Below are positions 39,718 to 49,380 of a stretch of 64,000 bases of DNA, piece after piece; positions within the stretch are counted from its first letter, which is position 1, and the number at the start of each line of letters is the position of its first letter. Under the pieces are notes generated by a model. That model saw only the letters and a list, made by a program, of their open reading frames with translations, ran no database searches and was not told the origin of the DNA. Made by a program: the position numbers and the translations under genes. The stretch comes from a candidate division FCPU426 bacterium (GTDB lineage: Bacteria; Oederibacteriota; Muellerivitia; Muellerivitales; Muellerivitaceae): NCBI GenBank assembly GCA_963719085.1, contig CAVRAL010000004.1, positions 832,001 to 896,000 on the forward strand, given 5' to 3'.

Positions 39718-39899
39718 GGGATAGCCTCAAGTCGAACGCTGCCCGGGGATAGCCCATCTTAGAGGATTTTCGGGTCCATTTGTAAGGGGATAACAATTAA
39801 CACCCTTTGGCCCGGTCTGTAACCCGCGCGAAATCCCCAACGCTTAAAACCCTCCGGCTGGCTAGGTCATTCGCCCATTCCCGTCACCGGAGGCTTTCC

Positions 39900-41393
39900 G
39901 TGGAACTTTTTGGACAAACCCTGTCGCTGGGGCATGTGCTCTTTTTACTCTTGGCGCTGGGGCTGGCGCTTTCGTTTGAGTTCGTGAACGGCTTTCACGA
40001 CACGGCCAACGCGGTGGCCACCGTTATTTACACCCAAACCTTGAGGCCCTGGGTCGCGGTGGTTTGGTCCGGTCTTTGCAACTTGACCGGGGTTTTGACT
40101 TCTTCCGGCCTGGTGGCTTTCGGGGTGATTTCGCTTCTGCCGGTGGAACTGGTGATCCATGTGGGCTCCGCGCCCGGCTTCGCCATGGTTTTTTCCCTGC
40201 TTATTTCCGCCATCCTTTGGAACGTGGGGACTTGGTATTTCGGCCTGCCGGCTTCCAGCTCGCACACCTTGTTTGGTTCCATTATGGGCGTGGGGCTGGC
40301 CAACGCCTTAATGTCCCCGGGCCACTCTTTCGGCCAAGGCGTGAATTGGGGCAAGGCGCAGGATATCGGAATGGCGCTCTTGGTCTCTCCCTTGATCGGG
40401 TTTAGCTGTTCGGCCTTACTTTTGCTTCTCTCCAAGGCGCTGATTAAAAACAAGACGCTTTATGAGGCGCCCAAAGGAAATAAGCCCCCGCCCTTCCTCA
40501 TCCGCTGCCTGTTGTTTTTAACCTGCACGGGCGTCAGTTTCGCGCATGGTTCCAATGACGGCCAAAAGGGGATGGGACTGATCATGCTGATCTTGATCGG
40601 CATTGTTCCCGCGACCTTCGCCGTGGACCTTTCCACCGGCCCGCAGGCCCTTCAGGATCTTTCGGCCACCACCCAGTCCATCTCCTTTCAAATGGACAAG
40701 CATTCCCCGGGCGCGGCCATGGGTGGCGGCGGGATCGCCGAGCAGAACATCTCGGATTATTTGAAGCCCTCGGGCAAGATCTCGCCCGACACCTTCGCGG
40801 CCATCGGCACCAAGTGCCGGGAAATTTCAACCGAACTCACGGGCCATCAATCGCTCAATGAGCTCAGCGGCGACGACCGGCGGGCCTTGCGCAACAACTT
40901 ATATTTGGTGTCGGAAGCCCTGGGCAAAGCTTCCAAGCAGAACCTCTTGACCGATCCGGCGGAAAAAAAGAACGTGGGGGATTTGAAAAAGCACATGGAT
41001 AAACTCACCAAATTTATCCCCATTTGGGTGAAGGTGGCCGTGGCCTTCGCGCTGGGGCTTGGCACCATGATCGGCTGGAAACGCATTGTGGTGACCGTGG
41101 GCGAGAAGATCGGTAAGGCCCACCTGACCTACGCGCAGGGCGCCAGCGCCGAGTTGGTGACCTTCGCCACCATTGAGGCGGCGGATATTTTCGGCCTGCC
41201 CGTCAGCACCACCCACGTCCTATCCTCCGGCATCGCGGGCACCATGGTGGCCAACGGATCCGGGGTCCAGGGCAAAACCCTGCGCAACATTGTCTTGGCC
41301 TGGGTGCTTACGCTTCCGGTTTGCATGCTGCTCGGAGGCTGTATCTTCGCCTTCACCTTGAACGTGGTGTTTAATCTACTTGGTATCAAATAG
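39900..41393 (+). CDS. pitA: Inorganic phosphate transporter (PiT family)
   Basis: Motifs NGFHDTANAVAT, PASSSH, AHGSNDGQK and PVSTTH. GGAGG RBS before GTG 39900. Confidence 0.92.
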   Translation: MELFGQTLSLGHVLFLLLALGLALSFEFVNGFHDTANAVATVIYTQTLRPWVAVVWSGLCNLTGVLTSSGLVAFGVISLLPVELVIHVGSAPGFAMVFSLLISAILWNVGTWYFGLPASSSHTLFGSIMGVGLANALMSPGHSFGQGVNWGKAQDIGMALLVSPLIGFSCSALLLLLSKALIKNKTLYEAPKGNKPPPFLIRCLLFLTCTGVSFAHGSNDGQKGMGLIMLILIGIVPATFAVDLSTGPQALQDLSATTQSISFQMDKHSPGAAMGGGGIAEQNISDYLKPSGKISPDTFAAIGTKCREISTELTGHQSLNELSGDDRRALRNNLYLVSEALGKASKQNLLTDPAEKKNVGDLKKHMDKLTKFIPIWVKVAVAFALGLGTMIGWKRIVVTVGEKIGKAHLTYAQGASAELVTFATIEAADIFGLPVSTTHVLSSGIAGTMVANGSGVQGKTLRNIVLAWVLTLPVCMLLGGCIFAFTLNVVFNLLGIK

Positions 41394-41505
41394 AAGGAAA
41401 CCTGCGGGGCCGAAAGCCAAACCAGGGACTGTCCCGCCGGGTTTCTTTAAAAAACTGTTCGACTTCGCCGCCTTGGTCGAGCATCTGCCTTATGGCGCCA
41501 GCCAC

Positions 41506-41745
41506 ATGACCGAAAAAAAAGCCGCGCGCGGCGTCATGGGCGCGGGGATTTTCGTCATGGTGGTGGGCGCCGCTTTTTTCACCGTCGCCTGGCGGGCCAG
41601 GATCACCTGGCTGGGGGAGACCGCCTTCGCCGTCACCCTGATCGGCTGGATGATGGTGATCCTGGGATTCGCTTTCGGCGTGATCGGCTGGGCCGCGGGC
41701 GTTTTTCCCCATTCCCGAAGTCTCCCTCGAAAGCCCAAAGATTGA
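41506..41745 (+). CDS. Small two-helix membrane protein
   Basis: Two hydrophobic segments and host-like codon usage. The start is uncertain. Confidence 0.5.
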   Translation: MTEKKAARGVMGAGIFVMVVGAAFFTVAWRARITWLGETAFAVTLIGWMMVILGFAFGVIGWAAGVFPHSRSLPRKPKD

Positions 41746-41861
41746 ATGGTTTAAGTCCTTCTCCCTGAAGCTCTCCCGCCTCCATTGAATTGCCTTGTTC
41801 TTCCTGAGATTAGGGCTAAAATTTGTCCTAATGATTATGTTCAACGGTTAAAGGCGGCGCC

Positions 41862-44171
41862 GTGGCCCTTGATTCCCTCACTGATAAACTTCTTTTTTCA
41901 CAGATCCAAAACCTGATCAAAACCCTCGTCAGCGGTAAATCCCTTTCGCCCGAAGTGGCGGTGCTGAAATCCATCCTGGAAGAAACCCATGAGGGCATCC
42001 TCATCGCCGGGGAAGAAGGCCGGATGCTTTTCATGAACCAAGCGGCGCGTAAAATTTACGGGGAGCACGACCTGACCCAGGTAAACCCGCGGAAGTGGGC
42101 CGAAACCTTCGGACTTTACAAAACCGACGGCTCCTCACTCATCAGCCCCGAGGATTTGCCCATGGCCCGCGTGCTGCGGGGCGAGGAAGTGGAAAACGCC
42201 GGGATCTTCGTCCGTAACGAGCGGGTGCCCGAGGGCGCGGTCCTCAATGTCCGGGGCCGTCCTTTAAAGGATGAAAAGGGAGCGATTAAAGGGGGGCTGC
42301 TTTTTTTAACCGACGTCACCCTGGTGAAGCGCGAACAGGTCCGGGCCCAGCGCATGGCCGACCTGGTGGATTTTTCGCCCATCGCCATCATCGAAACCAC
42401 CCCCGAGGGCCGCATCGTTTCCTGGAACGCGGGGGCCGAAAAGGTTTACGGCTATCAGGCCCATGAAATCGTGGGTAAGCCCTACAGCCAGTTGGTTCCC
42501 CTGGACAAATTAGGCGAGGTCCAAAACCAAATGGCCCAGCTTTTGCGGGGCGAGATCATTACGGAGCACGAGACGGTCCGCCAGCGCAAAAACGGGGAGA
42601 TCGCCGTCACTTGGTGCTCCGCCTCGCCGCTGTACGACGATCAACACCGGGTGCGGGGCTTCGCCCTGGTCACCCGGGACATGACCCGCCGGAAATTGAC
42701 GCCGTTGGTGGAACTGGTGCCCGAGGCGATCCTGGTCACCCTGCCGGATGGAACCATCACGGGATGGAACATGGGCGCCGCCAAAATTTTCGGCTACTCA
42801 AAAGAATTCATGCTGGGTAAAAATGTCATGGCCCTTTTCCCCCCGGAAAAACAAATGACGGCCCGGCAGTTGGTGGAGCGGGCGCGTTTCGGCGAGGCGC
42901 TTTTTGATTACGACACCTGGGGACGGCACAGCTCCGGGGAAACGGTCAGGCTGTCCTTAAGCCTGCTTCCCTCGCGGGACGGGGCGGGCCATATCGCCAA
43001 CCTCACGCTGGTGGCGCGCGACATCACCGAGCTGAAATTGGCCGAGGAGCGTATTTCCCAGTTGACCGCCCTGGTGGACTCCTCCCAAGAGGGCGTGGCC
43101 CGGGATGACTTGGAAGGCCGCATCCTTTACTGGAACAAGTCCGCCGAGCGGATTTACGGCTATAGCGCCGAGGAAGTTTTGGGAAAGCCGTTTTCCATGC
43201 TCATTCCCGAAGGCATGGCGGACGATTTTCCCAAGGTGGTGGGTTACATCCGGGAAGGACGGGCCCTCCAATACGAGGGGGTGCGCCGCCGCAAGGACGG
43301 GCGGTTGATCCACATTTCGGCGACCCTGGTCCCTTTGCGCGACCCCTCGGGCGAGATTTGCGGGGCTTCGATCTTCATTTCCGACATCAGCGAGCAGGTG
43401 CGCCTGCGGCAAGCCCTCAAGAGCCACGAGGAAAAACTGCAGCGCTCGCAAAAGATGGAAGCCGTCGGACGGCTCGCCAGCGGCATCGCCCATGATTTCA
43501 ACAATTGGCTGATGGTGCTTAAGGGAAACCTGTACACGCTGGAAAAAGAAACCTTAAGCGATGACGGCCGGGAGGCCGCGCGCCACATGGAAGACGTGGT
43601 CAAGATGGCCGCCGGCCTGACCCGGCAATTGCTTCTTTTCAGCCGGGGTCAGGCCAGCAAGGCCCGGCCCTCGGACTTGAACGCGGTCTTGAGCGAATGT
43701 CAGCCGCTTTTAAGGCCCCTGTTGAATCCCAATCTCCGCCTGACCCTGAAGCTTGCCGAATCACTTCCCCCCATCCTGGCCGACCCCACGGAATTGCACC
43801 AAGTGGTGATGAACCTGGTGGTCAACGCCAAGGACGCCATGTCCAAGGGCGGGGAAATCCAAATTCAATCCGGGGTGGCCGACGAGGACTTGGCCCGGCA
43901 GGCGGGAGCCACCCTGGCCCCGATGGCGGAAAACACCTGGGTCTATTTCTCAGTGAGGGATGAAGGCGAAGGCATGGACGAGGAAACCCTCCGGCACATC
44001 TTCGAGCCCTTTTTCACCACCAAGGCCGAGGGAAAGGGAACCGGATTGGGGTTGGCTTTGGTTTACGGCATCGTGGGTAAGCACGGGGGTCAGATTTTCA
44101 CCCGCAGTGAAAAGGGCAAGGGCAGTACTTTTTATTTGGCTTTCCCCGCCTGCGCTTCCGCCGGAAAATAA
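41862..44171 (+). CDS. Cytoplasmic multi-PAS sensor histidine kinase
   Basis: Four PAS repeats, H-box GIAHDFNN, N-box NLVVNAKDA, and FEPFFTTK / GTGLGL. No receiver domain. Confidence 0.9.
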   Translation: MALDSLTDKLLFSQIQNLIKTLVSGKSLSPEVAVLKSILEETHEGILIAGEEGRMLFMNQAARKIYGEHDLTQVNPRKWAETFGLYKTDGSSLISPEDLPMARVLRGEEVENAGIFVRNERVPEGAVLNVRGRPLKDEKGAIKGGLLFLTDVTLVKREQVRAQRMADLVDFSPIAIIETTPEGRIVSWNAGAEKVYGYQAHEIVGKPYSQLVPLDKLGEVQNQMAQLLRGEIITEHETVRQRKNGEIAVTWCSASPLYDDQHRVRGFALVTRDMTRRKLTPLVELVPEAILVTLPDGTITGWNMGAAKIFGYSKEFMLGKNVMALFPPEKQMTARQLVERARFGEALFDYDTWGRHSSGETVRLSLSLLPSRDGAGHIANLTLVARDITELKLAEERISQLTALVDSSQEGVARDDLEGRILYWNKSAERIYGYSAEEVLGKPFSMLIPEGMADDFPKVVGYIREGRALQYEGVRRRKDGRLIHISATLVPLRDPSGEICGASIFISDISEQVRLRQALKSHEEKLQRSQKMEAVGRLASGIAHDFNNWLMVLKGNLYTLEKETLSDDGREAARHMEDVVKMAAGLTRQLLLFSRGQASKARPSDLNAVLSECQPLLRPLLNPNLRLTLKLAESLPPILADPTELHQVVMNLVVNAKDAMSKGGEIQIQSGVADEDLARQAGATLAPMAENTWVYFSVRDEGEGMDEETLRHIFEPFFTTKAEGKGTGLGLALVYGIVGKHGGQIFTRSEKGKGSTFYLAFPACASAGK

Positions 44172-45446
44172 TCAGATCCTCGAGAGGTTCAAATCCGCGC
44201 AGAGGATATAGGTTTCCCCGGTCGCGGCTTCGCTCACGGTTTGGGCCACGGTCACGCAGAAATTTCCCGAGTTCATCGACACCATAGGCTCGCTGACGTG
44301 GCGGTTTTCGCCCCCCGCCAGGGTATAAAAATATTCCCGGAATGAATGGTCCGCGCCCTTGGGCGAGGGCTGGAACAGCACCTTCTTGCGCTCGGGAATA
44401 TGGGTCTCACTGCAGACGGCCGGCGTGATCTGGGTGCCTTCGGAATCCAAAAGATAAAGGCATTCCAGCGCGGGATAATTCTTGAATTGCAGCCCAAATG
44501 TTTTCTCCATTTGCGGGACCGAAAGGTTCTCGAAGCGCTGGAAGATGGAATTGCCGATCCAGCCGCAGCGGCTTTTAAGCTGCAGGTCCCGCTTGGCTCG
44601 CGTGGCCGCGCGGCGGCGGTACCGGGAGGCTAAAAACTGCATCCGGGCCTTGCGGCCCAGCGTGAAGACCGTGGGCGCCTTGTAGTTTCTTGAGAAATAG
44701 CCGCCCTGCAAAAGATCCACGCCCATTTCCAGCGCCACCAGCGCGTCCTCCTCGCTTTCCACGCCGTTGACCATCACCAAGACCCCCAGCGAATGGGCCA
44801 GTTTCAAGACCGACCGGTAGGCGTCCTGCTTTTCCGGGCGGGCGGAAAGCCCCCGGGTCATCGATTCCTCAAAACGCACCATATCGGGGTTGCATTTGAG
44901 CACCATATCCAAATGATCGGGCCGGTTTTTGACGTCGGTCAGCGCGATCAAAAAATGGTGGCTGCGCTGCAGATGGATGAATTTTTTCACGTAGGCCGGA
45001 TCCATGTCGGCGGCCAGGGAAATTTGAATGACCACCTGCTGGGGATCAAGGGAAAGTTCCTTGACCTGGCGCAAGAGATGGCCGGACCCCACGATGGCCC
45101 CCTCCAAAATCGAGGGCTCGATCCCTAAAAATAAAAGCAGGTTGGGCATTTGGGTTTGGAAAGGGGAAAAATCCTCCAGCCCTTTTTTGCGGAAAAGCCG
45201 GTCCAGCGCCAGTTTCAATCCGGGTTCCTCATCGCCCATGCCCCTAAAAAGATCCTGGGGCTCGATGAGGGATTGGTTCTCCGGATTCACGGCCCGGCTC
45301 AAGGTCTCCAAGCCGATCACGCCCATCTTTTGAACCGACAGCACGGGCTCAAAAAAAGACGCCACGCTGTTTTGTTCCAAAATGTAAAAGGGATGAACGG
45401 GATAAGACGCCAACGATCCGTCCACAGTGTTGGGTTCCGGTTGCAT
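44172..45446 (-). CDS. Degenerate EAL-domain protein with YkuI-like C-terminal sensor domain
   Basis: ETLSR, LDRLFR, GVE and LLQG align with EAL. The C-terminal YLLD..G.QI ... GADHS.R.YF ... SEP segment is YkuI_C/Cache-like. Confidence 0.75.
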   Translation of the reverse strand: MQPEPNTVDGSLASYPVHPFYILEQNSVASFFEPVLSVQKMGVIGLETLSRAVNPENQSLIEPQDLFRGMGDEEPGLKLALDRLFRKKGLEDFSPFQTQMPNLLLFLGIEPSILEGAIVGSGHLLRQVKELSLDPQQVVIQISLAADMDPAYVKKFIHLQRSHHFLIALTDVKNRPDHLDMVLKCNPDMVRFEESMTRGLSARPEKQDAYRSVLKLAHSLGVLVMVNGVESEEDALVALEMGVDLLQGGYFSRNYKAPTVFTLGRKARMQFLASRYRRRAATRAKRDLQLKSRCGWIGNSIFQRFENLSVPQMEKTFGLQFKNYPALECLYLLDSEGTQITPAVCSETHIPERKKVLFQPSPKGADHSFREYFYTLAGGENRHVSEPMVSMNSGNFCVTVAQTVSEAATGETYILCADLNLSRI

Positions 45447-45484
45447 CGTGTAGGCCCTCCTGGTAAAGCGTTGCCTTTGTTAAA

Positions 45485-45500
45485 AGCATTTGCCGTGCCA
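45485..45500 (-). promoter_or_regulatory. sigma54 (-24/-12) promoter
   Basis: Minus-strand TGGCACGGCAAATGCT with exact GG/GC spacing, ~40 bp upstream of the EAL gene. Confidence 0.7.
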
Positions 45501-45732
45501 AAGAAAACCAGGGAATTTAGGGGCCTCTTTACAATTCTGTAGAGGCTAAGGATTTTGCCAAGAGGGGCGGAGGGCTATAAAAACGTTTGAGGAAAAACGC
45601 GCGGGGACAAGCGATGCCCCGAAAATGGGCATGATAACGTTATCGGCGAAAATCCTGACAAACCTGAAAATCGATTTTTTAACGAAAAGTGTAGGAGGGT
45701 ACAAAATTGGGAGCTGTTGTCGTCCCCATTCG

Positions 45733-45766
45733 GGAGACTTTGCCTCCCGGTCAGGAGACTTTGCCT
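45733..45766. promoter_or_regulatory. Tandem 13-bp direct repeat, candidate activator site
   Basis: GGAGACTTTGCCT at 45733 and 45754 (21-bp period). Confidence 0.45.
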
Positions 45767-45801
45767 ATTTATTGACTTGGCAAAAGCGAAGCGAAGGACG
45801 G

Positions 45802-46272
45802 CTAGAATTTTAAGAACTCAATCGTGTCGCGCCGGTGCTCAAAAACCCGGCGGATATCGGACTTCACCAAATGTTCCACGAAGGGATGACGGATGATGGG
45901 GGGAAGCTCGAAAGTGATCCGGTCCGTCATACGGGTCTTCGATTTGCCCGCGGCTCCCAGGAAAATATGCTCATGTTTGAAAAAAGAGTAGGGCCCCTTG
46001 AGTTGAATATAAGAAAAACGCCGATGGGGTTCCCAGTCCACGATCCGCGATTGCCAATGCATGGGCACGCCGCGGAAAAACATGAGGTAGTCCAGCCGGG
46101 TTCCGGCGCGAAGACGGGGGGTGGATTTTTTCAAAACTTTAAAGCCCAGCCAGGGAGGCGTCAGCCGTTGGATGGTTTTCTCATCGGCGAAATAAGTGAA
46201 GGCCTTCGCCGGGGGAATCGGCAGGGTTTGGGCGATGGAGTAACGGTGATAGGAAGCGGGCCGGGGGGTCAT
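45802..46272 (-). CDS. SRPBCC (START-like) family protein
   Basis: Motifs RLTPPWL, W.SRI..W, Q.KGPY..F.HEH.F and MTDRI. Confidence 0.82.
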   Translation of the reverse strand: MTPRPASYHRYSIAQTLPIPPAKAFTYFADEKTIQRLTPPWLGFKVLKKSTPRLRAGTRLDYLMFFRGVPMHWQSRIVDWEPHRRFSYIQLKGPYSFFKHEHIFLGAAGKSKTRMTDRITFELPPIIRHPFVEHLVKSDIRRVFEHRRDTIEFLKF

Positions 46273-46380
46273 TGGCCGATTGTAAAACAGCTTTTAAATA
46301 AAAAGAAAGGGAGATTGAGTTTGTTGAGAGCTTTACTTTGAGCGGTTTTTTTGAGGGTGCTTCGGGGGCGAGGTTTCAGC

Positions 46381-46423
46381 GGAAAAGAAACGGGCCGGAT
46401 TTAGTTAAGAAAAACCCAGCCCG
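46381..46423 (-). terminator. Intrinsic terminator of the poly-Lys sORF
   Basis: Minus-strand CGGGCTGGGTTT / AAATCCGGCCCG hairpin followed by TTTCTTTT. Confidence 0.65.
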
Positions 46424-46433
46424 GAATGTCAGC

Positions 46434-46481
46434 TTACTTTTTCTTTTTCTTCGCGGCCTTCTTTTTTTTCTTCGTTGCCAT
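46434..46481 (-). CDS. 15-aa lysine-rich micropeptide MATKKKKKAAKKKKK
   Basis: ATG-to-TAA frame, G-rich SD 6 nt upstream, and its own promoter and terminator. Confidence 0.65.
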   Translation of the reverse strand: MATKKKKKAAKKKKK

Positions 46482-46520
46482 TAAAAATCCCCCCCTTTTT
46501 TGGCTTCGTAACTAGACTTT

Positions 46521-46549
46521 ATTTTAGCACTTTCTCCCTGATTTGACAG
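46521..46549 (-). promoter_or_regulatory. sigma70-type extended -10 promoter of the sORF
   Basis: Minus-strand CTGTCA-17 nt-TAAAAT, with TG at the extended -10 position. Confidence 0.5.
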
Positions 46550-46603
46550 CTTTACTTTGCGCCCGGACCCTTTCCGGGCGGCGGGGATTTTTTTAAAAAT
46601 ATT

Positions 46604-47590
46604 TTAAGACGGGACCGATGGGGAATTTTCAGGCGGCGGCTCCGCGGGTTTCTCCGCCGCCGCGGTTTCTTGAATCAGAAACAAAGTTCCCCAAGGTTTG
46701 CCCGAGGGGCTGACGCCCAGCGAGCTGTCAAAACGAAAACGCTTGGGAACCTTTTTCCATTCCAAGTCCACGTAATGGCGCTTGAGATCCTGGCGCTGCT
46801 CGATGGATTGACGCATCACCTCGCTGAGGGGGCCCAGGGGGTTGTCCTTGGCCCGGAGATCGGTGTTGCGCAGGGCCCGGGGGTTTAAATCCAACAGTTT
46901 GCTCACCTTGGCATTGGCGAAAATGACGTAACCATCGGTGGAAACGGCCAGGGCGCCCAGAGGCAGGCCGTCCAGCACGCTTTTCAAAAGCCCCGCGTAT
47001 TCCAAGGTGGCCTGGTCGCCTTTGGCCACCTTTTCGGTCAAAAGATCAATGCGCTGGGCCAAAAGCACCATGTCCTTTTCTTCCTGTACGGTCCGGTAGG
47101 CCAGGTACCCGGAGTGGATGGCCACCACAAAGATCAGGGCGCAGGCCAAAAGGAAAAAAGGATCCATATAGTTAAAGTCGGGATTCTTGTTGTAAAGCAG
47201 GTCCACATAGACCGAGGTGACCATGACCGCCACCACCAGGCTTCGGCCCATGGATTGGCTTAAGGCCGAGATGAAAAAGGTCAGGAACATCACGATCAAA
47301 AGCTGGGTGTCAAAGCCGTCAAAAAGGTAAAGCGCGCCCAAAAGAAAAATCAGGTCCATGGCGAAGACCAGGTATTGGAGCCTCACGCTTTTAAAACGGT
47401 CCTCGTCCCAGAAATAAAAGGGGATGAAGGAAGCCGCCAAAAGGGCGGCGTAAACCAAAACGGTTATTTTTTGAGCCGGATTATTTTGGAGGTAAAAAAA
47501 AGCCAGGCAGCCCAGGATCAGGCTGAGGACCAAGCGGATGAGAAAAACATTTTTTTTAACGTGAGGCGTAGCCTGCTGGAAGGTTTCCAT
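46604..47590 (-). CDS. Membrane protein with ~6 TM helices, coiled coil and C-terminal PAS domain
   Basis: Hydrophobic N-terminal half, then the PAS pattern VLDGLPLGALAVSTDGYVIFAN. No output domain. Confidence 0.7.
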   Translation of the reverse strand: METFQQATPHVKKNVFLIRLVLSLILGCLAFFYLQNNPAQKITVLVYAALLAASFIPFYFWDEDRFKSVRLQYLVFAMDLIFLLGALYLFDGFDTQLLIVMFLTFFISALSQSMGRSLVVAVMVTSVYVDLLYNKNPDFNYMDPFFLLACALIFVVAIHSGYLAYRTVQEEKDMVLLAQRIDLLTEKVAKGDQATLEYAGLLKSVLDGLPLGALAVSTDGYVIFANAKVSKLLDLNPRALRNTDLRAKDNPLGPLSEVMRQSIEQRQDLKRHYVDLEWKKVPKRFRFDSSLGVSPSGKPWGTLFLIQETAAAEKPAEPPPENSPSVPS

Positions 47591-47652
47591 GTTAGCCTCG
47601 GGTTCATTTCTTTTCGCCGTCTCCTTGATTATAACAGGGCAAGGTTCTTTAA

Positions 47653-48591
47653 GTGAAAACCCAAAAGCAATCCTATCCCTTCAGCGTTTGGCTGGCGCTG
47701 GCCTCGGTTTACCTGATCTGGGGATCGACTTATTTGGCCATCCGCTTCGCGGTGGACAGCATCCCCCCTTATTTCATGGCGGGGACCCGCTTTCTTATTT
47801 CGGGCGCCGTTCTTTACGCCTGCGTCCGGTTCTTCGGCGCCGCCCGTCCCACGATGGTCCATTGGCGCTCCACGGCGGTTATTGGCTTCCTGCTCATCAC
47901 GCTGGCCAATGGCGCGGTTTCTTGGGCCGAGCAAAAAGTTCCCTCGGGCATCGCCTGCCTTTTGGTGGCCACGGTTCCTTTGTGGATGGTCTTGCTCAAT
48001 TGGCTGTGGAAAAAAAACGAGCGGCCGGGGATTTTGCTCAGCGCGGGATTGGCGATGGGGTTTTTAGGGACGGCCTGGCTGGCGTTTTTTTGCGGCGGGG
48101 TTTCACAAACCTTCGCCGCCGCCGGCGTGGACGCCGCGCGGCCTTGGCGGGTTATGGCCTTGGTGGGCTCCTCGGTCATTTGGGCGGCCGGCTCTTTAAC
48201 CGCCAGGTCGCTGACCTTGCCGAAGTCCGGCCTGCTTTCGGCGGCCATGGAAATGATTTGGGGCGGGTTGTTTCAATTGGCGCTCTCAGGCCTTTTGGGG
48301 GAATGGAGCCAAGTTGATTTCCACCGCTTCACGCCTTCTTCCGAATGGTCCTGGCTTTACCTGACCTTGATTGGGTCTTTGGTCGGGTTTACCTCTTATA
48401 TTTGGGTCCTGCAAAAGTCCACCCCCGCGCTGGCCTCGACCTACGCTTTCGTGAATCCGGTGATCGCGGTGCTGTTGGGATGGCTTTTGGCCGGCGAGGC
48501 CGTGACCCTGCCGGTCTTCGCCGCCGCGGGGCTCATTGTGGCGGGCGTGGTGTTGATTACGCTGGCACCGCGAGGTAAGAAAAAGACTTAA
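47653..48591 (+). CDS. EamA/DMT transporter (YedA-like)
   Basis: Motifs VYLIWGSTYLAIR and TYAFVNPVIAV. Confidence 0.9.
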   Translation: MKTQKQSYPFSVWLALASVYLIWGSTYLAIRFAVDSIPPYFMAGTRFLISGAVLYACVRFFGAARPTMVHWRSTAVIGFLLITLANGAVSWAEQKVPSGIACLLVATVPLWMVLLNWLWKKNERPGILLSAGLAMGFLGTAWLAFFCGGVSQTFAAAGVDAARPWRVMALVGSSVIWAAGSLTARSLTLPKSGLLSAAMEMIWGGLFQLALSGLLGEWSQVDFHRFTPSSEWSWLYLTLIGSLVGFTSYIWVLQKSTPALASTYAFVNPVIAVLLGWLLAGEAVTLPVFAAAGLIVAGVVLITLAPRGKKKT

Positions 48592-48606
48592 AAGCAGACC
48601 TCATTT

Positions 48607-48680
48607 ACAATGATGGACGCAGATTCAATAAAGTCTGAATTTACGATTTTACATCGGCGTGTATCTGCGCGCGTCATTGT
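48607..48680. repeat. REP-like palindrome (GGACGCAGAT family)
   Basis: ACAATGATGGACGCAGAT ... ATCTGCGCGCGTCATTGT arms. Confidence 0.6.
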
Positions 48681-48709
48681 TCCAATGATTTTTGTTAAAG
48701 GAGTTGACC

Positions 48710-49168
48710 ATGCTCGATTATTTCAAACGCCTCTTTCAATACAATGCCTGGGCGCAGGAGCGGATTTTGGCGGCGCTGGAAAAGATTGATCCCGCGTCCC
48801 TGGACGAAAAAGCCGTTAAGATCGCGGGCCATATCCTTTTGGCCAGCCGCATGTGGCTGAACCGGCTCTTAGGGAAACCCAATATCGACATGTCCCAGGT
48901 TTTAACCCTGGCCCAATGCCGCGCGCTTTTTGAGGAACTCAAGCCCGAATGGAAAGCCTATTTGGAGGGTCTCCGCGAAAACAGCTTAAGTGGAAAAACC
49001 GCTTACCAAACCACCCAAGGCAAGAGCTATGAGAATGTCCTGTCCGATGTGCTGGCCCATTTGGTGAACCATTCCACCTATCACCGGGGCCAGGTCGCCA
49101 CATTGATCAAAAAGTCGGGCGGAGAAGTGCCTTTCACCGATTTCATCGCTTTTGTGAGGCAGCCATAG
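48710..49168 (+). CDS. DinB family protein
   Basis: Motifs YNAWA, GHI...WL.R and HLVNHSTYHRGQ. AAGGAG RBS. Confidence 0.88.
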   Translation: MLDYFKRLFQYNAWAQERILAALEKIDPASLDEKAVKIAGHILLASRMWLNRLLGKPNIDMSQVLTLAQCRALFEELKPEWKAYLEGLRENSLSGKTAYQTTQGKSYENVLSDVLAHLVNHSTYHRGQVATLIKKSGGEVPFTDFIAFVRQP

Positions 49169-49209
49169 GTTGTCGAAAGGACAATCCTATATAAAGAATA
49201 TATTTAACT

Positions 49210-49246
49210 CCCTCTCCCTTGAGGGGAGAGGGTTGGGGCGAGGGTG
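49210..49246. repeat. REP-like element (CCCTCTCCC...GGGAGAGGG family)
   Basis: Hairpin plus GGGGCGAGGG tail, with siblings at 52561 and 53636. Confidence 0.7.
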
Positions 49247-49380
49247 AATCCGGCTAAGAGGGAGCGGGTCTTTGTTTTATGCCTGTTTTGCCAAGGTTTA
49301 GCGTTCGGATTTTTGTATCGGTTGCCTGGGGCCTGCGTTAAAATAGGGCTACCGGATGAATTGCCCCTGTTTTAGGGGCC

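Noticed and set aside
39778..39830. Pho boxes upstream of pit
   Set aside because: Only loose TGTAA/TAACA matches without convincing 11-bp periodicity.
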